DNA of 64,000 nt, taken from contig OZ287077.1 of the NCBI GenBank assembly GCA_965645245.1, positions 2,232,001-2,296,000 of the forward strand, given 5' to 3'. The stretch comes from Massalongia carnosa (lineage: Eukaryota). This document shows positions 34,058 to 45,604 of the stretch, piece by piece (the first letter of the stretch is position 1; every line of letters begins with the position of its first letter). Below the pieces are notes generated by a model. The model was not told the DNA's origin. It saw only the letters and a list, made by a program, of their open reading frames with translations, and ran no database searches. The position numbers and the translations under genes are program-made.

Positions 34058-35209
34058 ATGTCTTCAAGCTCTCGCCCTCGCAGGAACGTTCGGCAAGGTC
34101 CAACAAGATCTCCCCAGGCAGAAGATACTTCAAGGCCTGCGGAAGATACGCCGACACCAAGTACTGAGGAAGCTACGGGTCCTGCCAAATACACAGAGGA
34201 AGATCTGCAGAGAATCACAAAGCTCTGCATGGAGTCGTTCCTCCAGGCACAAGGTAGTCGACATGAAGGCCCCCGAGAAGGTCAGTTGAAAGCTCGGTTC
34301 CCGGATCTCTACTATGGGAAGTCCCATATGGAGTGTTACCATTTCTGCCAACAATGCGAAGACCACTTTGACACCGCCGGCGCCACTGGGTCTAACCGTA
34401 CACCCTTTGCCGCATCTTTCCTTCGTGGCCGGATCAGCTTTCGTTGGCACCAGCACAAACGTCGAAGCCAAGGCGAAGAGGTAGGACCTTTGTCTTGGAC
34501 CGAGTTCAAGGCTTTCCTTCGGAAGAATCTTGGAGACTCCAGGGCTTTTGTGGATGCAACCTGGAGTAGGATCAAGCGGGACTCACAGTATCAACAAGAA
34601 GAAGTTCAGGATTGGGCTTCTCACCTGGAACATCTGCAATCTATACTCCTGGAATTTGATGCTGAGGGAGCTCCAGAGGAGTCGGACCTTATTCGGTACT
34701 TTCGTGAAGGCCTCAAGCCTTCGATAAAGGCCCAGATGGAACAACGAGGAAGGGAACTAGACAGTTGGGAGGAGCTGGTCGAAAAAGCGATCGATGCTGA
34801 GGCAAAAGCTAGCCTGCAGCCGCAATCGATCCTTCGTGAGATGGATCAGCGTTGTCCACATGGAAACCGGCCCGCTCATGCCACTGTGGCCAAACCCCAG
34901 ACCTCTACTCGAGACCCTCGAGACGAGCCTAGCGAAAAGCCCAAAACGTCGGGTCCGAAGCAACCAAACTCCTCGCGCCCAGAGAACAGCGAGATTGCCG
35001 ACAAGAAAGCTCGGAGAGAAAAGAAAAGGCAGCGACGTCTTGATCAAGCTCGAGATCGGAAAGGCTCGGAGTCCACTCCGGCCACCGGTGCCAACACTTC
35101 CAGCGGCACCAGCAAGGACTTGTCCCAAATCACCTGCTTCAACTGCAACAAGAAGGGACACTACTCAAGTACTTGTCGCGAGTCCAAGAAGGACGCCTCA
35201 AAAAACTAG
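34058..35209 (+). CDS. Gag of element I
   Basis: CCHC CFNCNKKGHYSSTC; slippery AAAAAAC at 35200-35206. Confidence 0.9.
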   Translation: MSSSSRPRRNVRQGPTRSPQAEDTSRPAEDTPTPSTEEATGPAKYTEEDLQRITKLCMESFLQAQGSRHEGPREGQLKARFPDLYYGKSHMECYHFCQQCEDHFDTAGATGSNRTPFAASFLRGRISFRWHQHKRRSQGEEVGPLSWTEFKAFLRKNLGDSRAFVDATWSRIKRDSQYQQEEVQDWASHLEHLQSILLEFDAEGAPEESDLIRYFREGLKPSIKAQMEQRGRELDSWEELVEKAIDAEAKASLQPQSILREMDQRCPHGNRPAHATVAKPQTSTRDPRDEPSEKPKTSGPKQPNSSRPENSEIADKKARREKKRQRRLDQARDRKGSESTPATGANTSSGTSKDLSQITCFNCNKKGHYSSTCRESKKDASKN

Positions 35210-38200
35210 TATCGGTCTTGGCAACCTCCGTGCCTCCGACTGAAACTAGTAAGGAGGCTAATCTTGAGCGGGTTCCTTGTATTCGATATCCGGTCCGTTT
35301 GAGGAAGGATCAAGACGAGGTAGAAGCTTTGATAGATTCCGGCAGCGAGGTCAATGCAATGCACCCCGCTTATGCCGCGAAACTAGGGCTTCGTGTTAGG
35401 GAAACAGATGTTGGGGCGCAGAAGATTGATGGATCTCACCTGGATACCTTCGGTATGGTTATCGCAGGGTTCTCGGTCGAGGATAAGCTAGGGAAGGTTC
35501 GATTCTTCCAGGAAACCTTCTTGTTGGCTAATATTAGCCTGGAGGTGGTCCTGGGAATGCCTTTTCTTACACTCAGCAGTGTGGATATACGGTTTCCAGA
35601 GCGAGAGCTTGCCTGGAGAACTTACACAGCTGCCGAGGCTTTACCAACAACCAGACGTGTGGAGATCATCGATAAGGAAGAGTTCGCGGAGACGGTCCTT
35701 GGAGGAGACGATGAGGCATATGTGGTGCATGTAATGGCCGTAAGCAAGCCATCGTCCATGCCGATCCACGCCTCTCGCCAGGCCCAAGTAGCCTCGCTAG
35801 TGAGCGAGGAGGCCAATATCCCCGTTGAATATTCCGACTTCTCTGACGTTTTCTCCCCTGACTCTGCAGCGGAACTACCGGAGCACACCGGCTTTAACGA
35901 CCATCCTATCGATCTAGTAGATGGTAAGCAGCCACCTTATGGCCCAATCTACAGCTTAGGTCCTATGGAACTAGAGACACTGAAAACCTACATTGAAACC
36001 AATCTAGCCAGCGGTTTTATTAGGCCTTCTCAGTCTCCGGCTGGTGCTCCTATACTGTTCATCCGCAAGAAGGACGGTAGTCTCCGCCTGTGTGTGGATT
36101 ATCGAGGACTCAATACCCTGACAATCAAGAATCGGTACCCGTTGCCCTTGATTGGAGAGTCGCTTGATCGACTAGGCCGTGCCAAGCGATTTACCCAGCT
36201 AGATCTCACGAACGCGTATCATCGGATGCGAATTCGAGAGGGTGATGAATGGAAGACAGCCTTTAGGACTCGATATGGTCACTTCGAGTATCAGGTTATG
36301 CCCTTCGGCCTTTCCAATGCCCCAGCTAGTTTCCAGGGCTATATCAACAAAATTCTAGCAGAGAAACTCGACGTCTTTGTCATCGTATACTTAGATGACA
36401 TCCTGATCTATACCGAGGACGTAGGCCAAGGCCATGTTGAGGCTGTTAAGTGGGTCTTGGAGAATCTCCGAAAAAACGGACTCTTTGCCAATCTAAAGAA
36501 GTGCCGTTTTCATCAAGATGAGGTTCGCTTCCTAGGCTACGTTGTCTCTGGCCAAGGAATTCGTATGGAAGAGGAAAGGATTGAAGCTGTCACGAACTGG
36601 CCAGAACCCAAGTCAGTACGAGACGTCCAGGTGTTTATGGGATTCGCCAACTTCTACCGGCGGTTCATCCGGGGGTTCAGCAAGATTGCTGCTCCACTCA
36701 CCTCAATGCTCAAAACGAACTTGGTAGCCAATACTGGGCCATCCCCAAAGGCAAGGTGCGGAGAGGAAGACTGTTGTTTCCTAACTCCTGCCGCTAAGTT
36801 AGCCTTTGCCCAATTAAAGCAGGCGTTCACTGAAGCACCGATCCTCCGACATTTTGACCCTGAGCGCCACATCCGACTTGAGACGGACGCCTCGGGTTAC
36901 GCCATAGGTGGCGTTCTTAGCCAGCTGGATATCGAAACCGGCCAATGGCACCCAGTAGCGTATTTTTCTCGGAAAATGATTCCTGCAGAAACTCGTTACG
37001 AAACTCACGATGGGGAACTACTGGCCATCGTTGAAGCCTTTAAGAATTGGAGGCATTATCTCGAAGGTTGTAAGCATGAAGTCCTCGTGCTTACAGACCA
37101 CAACAACCTGCGGCGATTTATGGATACGAAGAGTTTAAGCCCCCGCCAGGTTCGATGGGCGCAAGAACTCTCTCGTTACAATTTCCGCATCGATTATCGT
37201 CAAGGCAAGACTAATGGAGCTGCCGATGCTTTATCTCGCTATCCTCAGAGGAGCCAAGGCGAAGAGGAAGTGCTTCGAGCTGAGAATACTCGAATCCTTC
37301 ACCGACTGCAGTCCTCGCTGACCAGCGCCAGCATCTTTAGTATCACTAGTACTCAGCATCTCACCCCTCCACACCACATCATTATCTGTGGAACGCACGT
37401 CTTCCCTCAACTACGTCAGTTTTGGGATACGCTCCGCCAAGACTTGACCTCTGAAGGTCCTTACAAAGTCAGCATTGGTGGCATGAGGTTGAGGTTGCAA
37501 GAGTTGCAGGAGGAAGATACCCAAGCTCAGACGATCAGAGCAGAGAAGCTTGGAAAAGATGGTTGGGAAGACACCGAGGGGATTTTGCATTATCAAAGCC
37601 TGCCTTATGTCCCTGAGATCCTCAGAACTGAGCTAATCAGTAGGCATCATGATGATCCATTAGCAGGACACTTCGGCATCGAAAAGACGCGAGAACTCAT
37701 TGCGAGAAAGTACTTCTGGGAGACTCTCCGCCGCGATGTCGAGAGCTATGTCAAGGGTTGCGACGTCTGCTTATCTTCTAAAGCGGTCAGACACAAGCCT
37801 TACGGAGACCTACAGTCACTGCCAGTGCCAACTCATCGCTGGAAGGACTTGTCTATGGATTTCGTGACGGGGTTGCCTGAATCTGCGGATTGGAAGCGCG
37901 ACAGTTACGATTCGATCCTGGTTATCGTCGACCGGCTTACGAAGATGGTGCACTATGAGCCAGTGCTAACAACGATCACTGCGCCATTGCTAGCAGAGGT
38001 AATCATAGACGTGGTAGTTCGTCACCACGGCTTGCCCGACTCTATCGTCAGCGACCGCGGCTCAGTTTTCACTTCTAAGTTCTGGTCTTCCTTGTGCTAC
38101 TTTTTAGGCATCAAGCGACGCCTCTCTACCGCGTTCCATCCACAGACCGATGGGCAGACCGAACGTCAGAACAGCACCATGGAAGCCTATCTTAGGGCGT

Positions 38201-39060
38201 TCGTCAACTACGAACAAGACGACTGGGCGCGCCTGCTTCCGATGGCTGAGTTCGCGTACAACAATGCGAAAAACGCGAGTACTGGGCATACGCCGTTCGA
38301 GCTCAACTGTGGCTACCACCCCCGTGTCTCATATGAGGAAGACATCGACCCCCGTTCCAGGTCCAAGTCAGCAAATGAACTAGCTGCAGAACTAAAGGAC
38401 TTGATGGCTATCTGTAAGGAAAACCTTCAGCACGCACAAGAATGGCAGACAAAGGCCCTCAACAAAGGAACCAAGCCACGGAGCTATGCACCTGGCGATA
38501 AAGTTTGGTTGAACAGCAAATATATTAAGACCAAACGCAATCGCAAGCTAGAGGCTAAGTTCTTTGGGCCATTCCGTGTCTTGCAACCAGTGGGCAAGCA
38601 AGCCTACAAGCTGGAGCTTCCAAAGCGGTGGCGCATCCATGATGTCTTTCATGTATCACTGCTGGAGCAGGACACCACAAGGAAGGGGCGGGTGGACGAG
38701 AAGATCGCGGAACAGCTGGAATTCGAAGCTGGTAACGATGAGGAATACGAGGTTGAAGGCATTTTGGATAGCGCGGTCTATGCCAAGGAGTCAGAAGCTG
38801 GCCACCTACCAGGCCTCTACTATCTGGTCTCCTGGAAGGGCTATCCAGAGGATGAAAGTACGTGGGAACCGGCGGCAGCGATCAAACACTTACGGAAGAT
38901 CGTCAAAGCCTACCATGAGGGTAACCCCACCAAGCCGACAGCAACCTCTCCTCCTATTGACACCGCACCGCCAATGGCTAAGCCGGCCGTTAAGCCTCAA
39001 GGCAAGAGGAAACGCGGCCGAACAGCTACCAGCACTCGGAGCAAGAAGGCGAAGAAGTAG
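35200..39060 (+). CDS. Pol of element I (PR-RT-RH-IN-chromodomain), -1 frameshift
   Basis: LIDSGS, YLDD, ETDAS, GHFG..C..C, GQTER, YEVEGIL..YLVSWKGY. Uninterrupted frame. Confidence 0.94.
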   Translation, partial: KKLVSVLATSVPPTETSKEANLERVPCIRYPVRLRKDQDEVEALIDSGSEVNAMHPAYAAKLGLRVRETDVGAQKIDGSHLDTFGMVIAGFSVEDKLGKVRFFQETFLLANISLEVVLGMPFLTLSSVDIRFPERELAWRTYTAAEALPTTRRVEIIDKEEFAETVLGGDDEAYVVHVMAVSKPSSMPIHASRQAQVASLVSEEANIPVEYSDFSDVFSPDSAAELPEHTGFNDHPIDLVDGKQPPYGPIYSLGPMELETLKTYIETNLASGFIRPSQSPAGAPILFIRKKDGSLRLCVDYRGLNTLTIKNRYPLPLIGESLDRLGRAKRFTQLDLTNAYHRMRIREGDEWKTAFRTRYGHFEYQVMPFGLSNAPASFQGYINKILAEKLDVFVIVYLDDILIYTEDVGQGHVEAVKWVLENLRKNGLFANLKKCRFHQDEVRFLGYVVSGQGIRMEEERIEAVTNWPEPKSVRDVQVFMGFANFYRRFIRGFSKIAAPLTSMLKTNLVANTGPSPKARCGEEDCCFLTPAAKLAFAQLKQAFTEAPILRHFDPERHIRLETDASGYAIGGVLSQLDIETGQWHPVAYFSRKMIPAETRYETHDGELLAIVEAFKNWRHYLEGCKHEVLVLTDHNNLRRFMDTKSLSPRQVRWAQELSRYNFRIDYRQGKTNGAADALSRYPQRSQGEEEVLRAENTRILHRLQSSLTSASIFSITSTQHLTPPHHIIICGTHVFPQLRQFWDTLRQDLTSEGPYKVSIGGMRLRLQELQEEDTQAQTIRAEKLGKDGWEDTEGILHYQSLPYVPEILRTELISRHHDDPLAGHFGIEKTRELIARKYFWETLRRDVESYVKGCDVCLSSKAVRHKPYGDLQSLPVPTHRWKDLSMDFVTGLPESADWKRDSYDSILVIVDRLTKMVHYEPVLTTITAPLLAEVIIDVVVRHHGLPDSIVSDRGSVFTSKFWSSLCYFLGIKRRLSTAFHPQTDGQTERQNSTMEAYLRAFVNYEQDDWARLLPMAEFAYNNAKNASTGHTPFELNCGYHPRVSYEEDIDPRSRSKSANELAAELKDLMAICKENLQHAQEWQTKALNKGTKPRSYAPGDKVWLNSKYIKTKRNRKLEAKFFGPFRVLQPVGKQAYKLELPKRWRIHDVFHVSLLEQDTTRKGRVDEKIAEQLEFEAGNDEEYEVEGILDSAVYAKESEAGHLPGLYYLVSWKGYPEDESTWEPAAAIKHLRKIVKAYHEGNPTKPTATSPPIDTAPPMAKPAVKPQGKRKRGRTATSTRSKKAKK

Positions 39061-39103
39061 AAGCCTCGGGGTTTCTCTCCTGCCACCTGCTATGGAATCT
39101 AGG

Positions 39104-39338
39104 ATCGGTTTTCCCTTCGTTTTCCCGTTATCTTATAAGGGTTTAAGGGTTTTTCATCGATCTTGAGAAGTCGGTTTTCCCTACGTTATCCCGTTGTCTT
39201 ATCAGGGTTTTAGGGTTTTTCATCGATTTCGATAAAGTCGGTTTTCCTCCTCAGTTCCCACTGGGTTAGGAGGTTTTTCATTGACTTCGGAGGCCGGTTT
39301 TCCTCCTTGCTATTATACAAGGAAGGAGGTTTTTCACC
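39104..39338 (+). repeat. About 4 degenerate ~60-bp tandem repeats in the element I 3' UTR
   Basis: Recurring CGGTTTTCC...GGTTTTTCA frame. Confidence 0.7.
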
Positions 39339-39719
39339 GCCTGCCATACACATCATACCACCCACCTAACGTGTCGTTACTATCTACTACACGCTCGGCG
39401 GAGCTCGCGTCCTAGAGGGGAGGCAATTGTAATACGGATGGCGCTAGAGGGATACGTGCTCGCCTATGGCGGTTGCGGGATTAACTAGCGTGGACCATGC
39501 CGTAGGACAAAGTCGCATAAGCCGTCGAGGCTGACACACTGCCATCTTGCCCCGAAACTTCGGAGTTATTGTTATCACGTTCTTGACTACTTACAGATCA
39601 AACACCTGTCGAGGCCGTGGTGGTAGATTGCCATGGAGTGTAAGGCGGACTCCTGTGGAGACGCCGAGGAACTCTATATGGAATCTACTGGCCTACTCGG
39701 AGCTACTGGATCCAAGGCT

Positions 39720-40335
39720 CCCAAGCCTATAGCCTTGGGAGCCTTGGAACCTTAGGAGCCTTGCATCCCACATCTGACCTTATCGCCTTACATCCAACCA
39801 TCTCTCAGGATCCATCCACGAACTCGACGTTCGCTGGATCATCTAGTCAGCCTCGAGCAGCTCCTAGATCTTCCCTTGCAAGGTAGAACACTTCTACCTC
39901 CGGCTAGATCCCTCGCCACATTGCTAGCCCGCCTCTAAACATAAAGTCTAGACGCCGAGGCTATGTAGCTTCATTTCGCCGTCACCACTATCAACGTAGC
40001 GGTGGAAGGTTACCTCCGACTGAATCTCTCTCTACACTGCGGACCTGCTTCTAGACAAAAGGTATAGACCACAAGACCATGTAGGTTCATTCAGCCGACA
40101 TCACTACCAGCGTAGCAATAAAGGTTGAAGCTGAAGTTTACACTGGGGAGGCCGAGCTCTAGCTGCGTCCAGCTAGCCGTGCCTCCTGCTACAACTCTTG
40201 ATCCATCAAGAGATCGAGTAGCTCCGAGTAGGCCAGTAGATTCCATATAGAGTTCACGGCTAGTGTCCACGGGAGTTCGCCTTACACTCCATGGCAATCT
40301 ACCACCGCGGCTTCGACAGGTGTTTGATCTGTAAG
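39720..40335 (-). mobile_element. Inverted, diverged partial LTR of the element I family
   Basis: Reverse complement of ~33100-33713 with many substitutions and indels. Confidence 0.88.
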
Positions 40336-40578
40336 TGTTGAAGTAAATTGTTGATCACTATAGTGCATGTACGAATATTTAGAAGGAATAGTTTTGATTA
40401 ATTCTATCGTGGGTCCTTTTGAGCACCCACATCGGCTAAACTACCCTAGGCCCATTCCGGCCAAGCAGTCACCAACTGCCTGACACTTGTCCGTTAGGCT
40501 AATGTTTAGCGTAACATCAACACTCCCACTCAGGCATGGTGTCTGCCTTGGTTGATGCTATTCAGAAATTGCCCTTCC

Positions 40579-43500
40579 CTACCTCATGCCCATCATGGCC
40601 CTAAAGGCCTTGAACCTTGCTGGTGGTAGCGGCTTTGTCATCCCATCTGCTATCATTTCATTCGTTGAAATGTATGTGATGATTATCTTTCGGTCTAGTA
40701 CAACTTCCCTTATCCAATGATGTCGTACGTCAATATGCTTTTTCGTTTATGGAACTCTGGGTTAGCGGTAAGGTCAATCGCCCCCTTGTTGTCTGCTCGG
40801 AGGTCTGCTGGTTGGTCAGGTCGTCTGTGCCCGAGGGCCTCGAGGAAGCGAGAGCCCCATAAGGCCTCCATCCCTGCTTCAGTGATCGCCATATACTCAG
40901 CTTCGCATGAAGACAGAGCGACGGTCGGTTGTTGTTTTGATTGGTGAGAAATTGGACAGCCCGAAAGCATCCAAACGTACCCACCGGTCGACTTTCTTCC
41001 ATCTACGGTCCCCGCCCAATCAGAGTCAGTGTATCCGATTAGTTCATCCGGAGAGTCAGCCGAAACTGTCAGTCCTATGGTCAGTGTCCCTGCTAAATAG
41101 CGGAAGATTTGTTTGACTAGCTGTATGTGGGTGGGTCCGGGGTTGCTGCAATAGCGGCTGAGGACTCCCACAGAATAAGATATTTCGGGTCGGGTATGGA
41201 CTGCTGGCCACATCAGTGATCCAATTGCTGACTGATACCAGGCCACAGTGGCTTTGTCCGCCACCTGTTTTGAGGGTAGAAGGGAGCTTGCTACTCCCGG
41301 ATCCATTGGTATGGAGGATGATTTGCAGTCGGTCATTCCGAAACGTGCCAGAACCTTCTTAAGGTAGGTGGTTTGTCGAAGGGTTATGGTTTTTCCCACG
41401 TCAACGTCAATTTCCATTCCCAAATAGTGGGACACGTCACCCAGGTCCGTCATTTTGAATCGGTCAGAGAGTTCCTTTTGTATGAACTCGAGGCGGGGTA
41501 TGTCCGCCCCAAAGAGTAGTAGGTCGTCGACATAAATTGCTATGAATTGCTTCTTGTCATCAGAAACAAACACTCCATGATCAAGTTCCAAGCGATGAAA
41601 TCCTAGTTTCTTCAGGAAATCAACAAGGGTCTGGTACCACACTTGTGGCGATTGTTTCAGTCCCTAAAGTGCTTTGATTAGCTTGCAGACTAAATGGGGG
41701 GTGTAATGAATAGATGAGGATGTTCAACATAGATCAATTCGTCGAGGTAGCCATAAAGGAAGGCAGTCACCACATCCATGTGACGTACGATAAACCCTCG
41801 TTTGACCCCAACACCCATCATTGCTTTGTATGACATGGGCTTGACCACTGCAGCGAAGGTGTCGATGTAGTCTAGACCTTCTTCCTGCTTATAGCCATGA
41901 ACCACCCATCGTGCTTTGTATTTTAGGATATTTCCATGTCGATCCTTTTTCAGTTTGAAAACCCACCGTCCGGTGATTACCCGTCGGTCTTTTGGTGCTT
42001 CGGTCAACTCCCACGTGCCATTTTCGGTATGAGATTCAATTTCGGTCTTCATGGCCTCCATCCATTTGGGCCAATCAGGCCTAGCCATAGCCTCTTTGAG
42101 CGAGAGGGGTTCGTCTGGTCCTTCATTATCAATGTTGTTTGCAAGCATGGTTAGTGCCTTCATCATATGTATGTGGGATTTTGCCACGTTTGTGCTAGTG
42201 AAGTTAGTTCCTTTCGGTAGCCTACCTGGTCCATAAAAAATTTCATCAGGATATTGTGCTCGTTTGACTGGTGCCCGCTTGGACCTTCTCAATGGAACAT
42301 GGTCAGAGGTGGAAGAATTGTGGCCTTCCGAGGCCTCGGGGGCCTCGGGGTCAGTGGCCTCGGCCTCGTGGTTGGTGGCCTCGGGGTCGTGGGTCAGACT
42401 ATCATAGTTTCCCGCTCCATAATTTTCTTCGACATTTCCCCCTTCTGACCTTGTTTGTTGTGAATCTCCCACTGAATTTTGGTGTGAATGTTCCGTGTTT
42501 TGAGGAGAACCGGGGGGTGTAGGTAGGTGAGGTTTATTTGACCGAGGGGTGTAATAGTCCTCGGGTTTGTTATTTCCCTCGTCGTCAAAATCGTCTGGAC
42601 TTCCGAACTGATCATCGTCTGTTTGTGCCCATTCGTCATCAACAAGCTCGTTTGATTTGTAGGCTTTCCGCTCAAATAGGTTCTTTTCATCAATAGTTAC
42701 GTCTCTAGTAACATGAACTTTGCCTGTGCAGGGGTCATATATCCGGTACTGATTGGTGCCTTCATAGCCCACATGGATGCTCTGCCAGGACCGTTCGTCT
42801 AGCTTCTTTCGCTTTTCCTTGGGAATATGAACCCAAGCACGTGCACCCAACACTCTTAGATGACCGAGGTTAGGCTTTTTATTGTTTAGTTTCTCATATG
42901 GTGTCACCCCGTCCGTGTTAGGACTTCTGTTCATCAGATAACACACTGCTTTGATGATTTCAGGCCATAGGCCCTTCGGTAATTTCATTGCTGATAAGAT
43001 GGACCGGACTGAACTCATCAGAGTATAATTCAATCGCTCGGCTTTTCCATTTTGTTCGGGTGTGTATGGGGCACTGCATTTCCATCTGATGTGTTGTTTC
43101 TTAAGATAGTCCTGAAAGGCTTCATTGTCATATTCACCTCCCCCATCCGAATGGAGTGCTCCCATCTGCATGCCAGTTTCCTGAGACGTCCATTCGATAT
43201 ATTCCTTTGCCTTCTCAAAGGCCTGGCTCTTTAGCTTCATTGGATAAACACGGTACGTTCCAGTGGCATCATCTTTGAAAGATATGTAGTATTGTAACCC
43301 GTTTCTGGAGGCCGGGTATGGGCCTCCCAAATCACTATGAACCTCTTCCAGGAATTTTGAAGCTCGGGGCATGGGAGTTCGTGACGGCTTACGTTGCTGT
43401 CTACCCTTCATACAGGGTGTCATGGTGTGAGCGCGAGATGCTCTGCTAAGCGATACCTCCAGACACGCTAAATTATTTAGGTATCGCGTTAGCCTTAGTG

Positions 43501-45284
43501 GGGAGCTAACCGCATTCAGGTAAGGAAATGGGTTCCGGGAGTTACATGGAAAATCTCTGCAGCAATTGATGCTTTCTTCCTTGTGTTCGTCTTGTCTATT
43601 AGTATAGTCATAGCTAGCAATACCACCACCTTCACCACCTGAATAGGCCCCCCCCGTTGCCGCCTCGTCACACAGGGCCCACAAATTTCCTCTGGGACCG
43701 GCCCTTTCACCTCAATTCCTTCAGCTATTTGTGGAAGTTTGAGGATGTTTCGATAACCAAGGTGGCCCATTCTTTGATGCCATATTTCAATGGTTGGTTT
43801 AATTGCATTCACTACTGGTTTAGTGTTTGTGAAGTTCGTCTGCATAATCTGGGGGTTTTTAATCCGAAGAACATATTGTCGATTGATAACGTCAGCTAGT
43901 CCGTGGATTTTGTTCTCATGAATTAATTGAGTAGGAACATTCGTACGTCTCAGGAACACCTCGACACCTTTCATTGCAAGGGGAACTTTGCTCAGTAAAT
44001 TGTGGCCTAGGGCCGGTGCCCAGCTTACATCTTTTACTGTCAGGACATTTATTGATCCGTCCTCCTGAATCATATTTAGGACTACGTCACCATACCCGAA
44101 GGCAGGAAGAACTTGCCCCGAGCCCGTTTGGAACTCATGGTAGTACTCAGTGTAGGTGGTAAAAAAGCCTCGGTTTGAGAAGAAATGGTCGGTGGCCCCA
44201 GAGTCTATGATTACGTAGGGGTTTAGTTTTGGAATGACTGCGGCCACTGACTTACACGTCAAATGAAAGACCCCCATTTCTTTCTTCTCTTCGACCTCAT
44301 TGGTCGGTGTAATCGGTATGATCTTTCTGATAAAGCAAGATAGCCCTTTGGTGGTTGCCTCTGGGGTGGTCGCCTCACTTTCCTGGTTCGTCTTGTTCTT
44401 TTTACAGAACTTCTTGATGTGGCCACGTTTACCACACCCATTACACTCCGCTTTGTCCATCCAGCAATCACCTTTTCCATGCGTTTTCTTGCACCTGGTG
44501 CAGACATATGTGTCTTTGCTGTCGGAAGTGTTATTGGAGTTGGAGTCGGAGTTCTCCCCCGGCTTTTTCTTTTTACCGGAGTCCCCACCTTTCTTTCCTT
44601 TCTGCGTGTAGTTCGCGGTTGCTTTGTCCTGATTGGCTAGTCGAAACTCTTCATCCTCCAAGGCCTTTGCTAGGACCTCGAGTGTTGGAAGTTCTGCTTT
44701 CTCCCTCGACTCATGGCTGAGGATGGCCAGGTAGGACTTGAACTGAGTGTCTAATAAATTTAGGGTATGAATTATGACCGCCTCGTCCATGGTTATTTTT
44801 AGGTCACTTATTTCAGAATTAATGTCCCTAATTTTACTGATGAACTCGGCCACGTTCTTGCAGTCCCGTTGGTGGATGGAGTGCAACTTTCCGAGTGTAT
44901 TCAATTTTGATGCCCAATTTTGTAACGTGTATCGCGATTGTAGGTGGTCCCATAGCTCTTTTGGAGTCCATCTAGCGAGTGTGTTTTTGGATAGGAATTC
45001 TTTCTGGACGGTCTCGGTGCACATTCGCCCAATTTTCGCTACCGTACGGTGCGAGTCATCGTTGAAGTATTTGATTTTAGGGACCGCTGGTAAATTCGTT
45101 CGGCCCTTTCTTCATCATTATTTGTGGTCGCTACCAATGTTGGAGGCGGAATAGCCGTTCCTAGAACATGGTCCCATAGCTTAGCTTCCTCCAACGCAAA
45201 AGACATGTCGCGAGTCCATTGCTTGTAATTGATTGAACCGGTCAGCTTTTTAAAGCGATAATCATACTCTGCATCAAATCCCAT
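40579..45284 (-). pseudogene. Copia Gag-PR-IN-RT-RH polyprotein of J, frameshifted and interrupted by a solo LTR
   Basis: CCHC knuckles, IDSGA, WHQRMGH, SDGGGEY..EQNGKAER, KARWVV, YVDD, YTDSDWA, EAEY; Copia domain order. Confidence 0.92.
43418..43672 (+). mobile_element. Solo LTR of the element C family inside Copia J
   Basis: Reverse complement of 9790-10044 with few changes. TSD CAGGG at 43413-43417 and 43673-43677. Removal restores ICGPC-MKGRQ. Confidence 0.95.
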
Positions 45285-45604
45285 GGCTGCGGTACTGAAA
45301 TATGATTGGTTCGGTCGGGTCTGGTCGATCTGGTGCGTCTGCACCGTTTGGTGGGGGTCGAAGCAAAAATTGACTGGCTGGACGACTATTTGCTTGTTTG
45401 GGGTCGCAGGAACGCTGACTGGTTGGCCAATTACCTGATTAGAATATATTCGTAGTGACTATGTAATTGTAATGCAGGTACGCATCCGGGCTCATAACCT
45501 GTTGAAACTTGAGACGGTTGATTGTTCTATAGATGGAGAAGAGTGGCTAATATACATTCAGCTGACTAAGCATAGAAACTTCCAGAACTAGGGCAGTGCA
45601 ATTC

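Larger units (their letters stand above)
32938..39712 (+). mobile_element. Ty3/Gypsy chromovirus I with a 1030-bp 5' LTR and a truncated 3' LTR
   Basis: 5' LTR 32938-33967. PPT AGAGGGGAGGCAAT before 39428. 3' LTR 39428-39712 matches the first 285 bp of the 5' LTR. Confidence 0.93.
40336..45604 (-). mobile_element. Ty1/Copia element J (degenerate, LTRs do not match)
   Basis: 3' LTR 40336-40522 next to PPT TGAGTGGGAG. PBS GGTTATGAGCCC at 45488-45499 (minus). 5' LTR remnant starts at 45500. Confidence 0.88.

Noticed and set aside
39137..39272. AGGGTTT(T)AGGG telomere-like motifs
   Set aside because: Part of the element I 3' UTR tandem repeats; not a TTAGGG tract.
41690..43684. 664-aa ORF with a novel N-terminus
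   Set aside because: The N-terminus is read-through of the solo LTR at 43418-43672 into Copia integrase.
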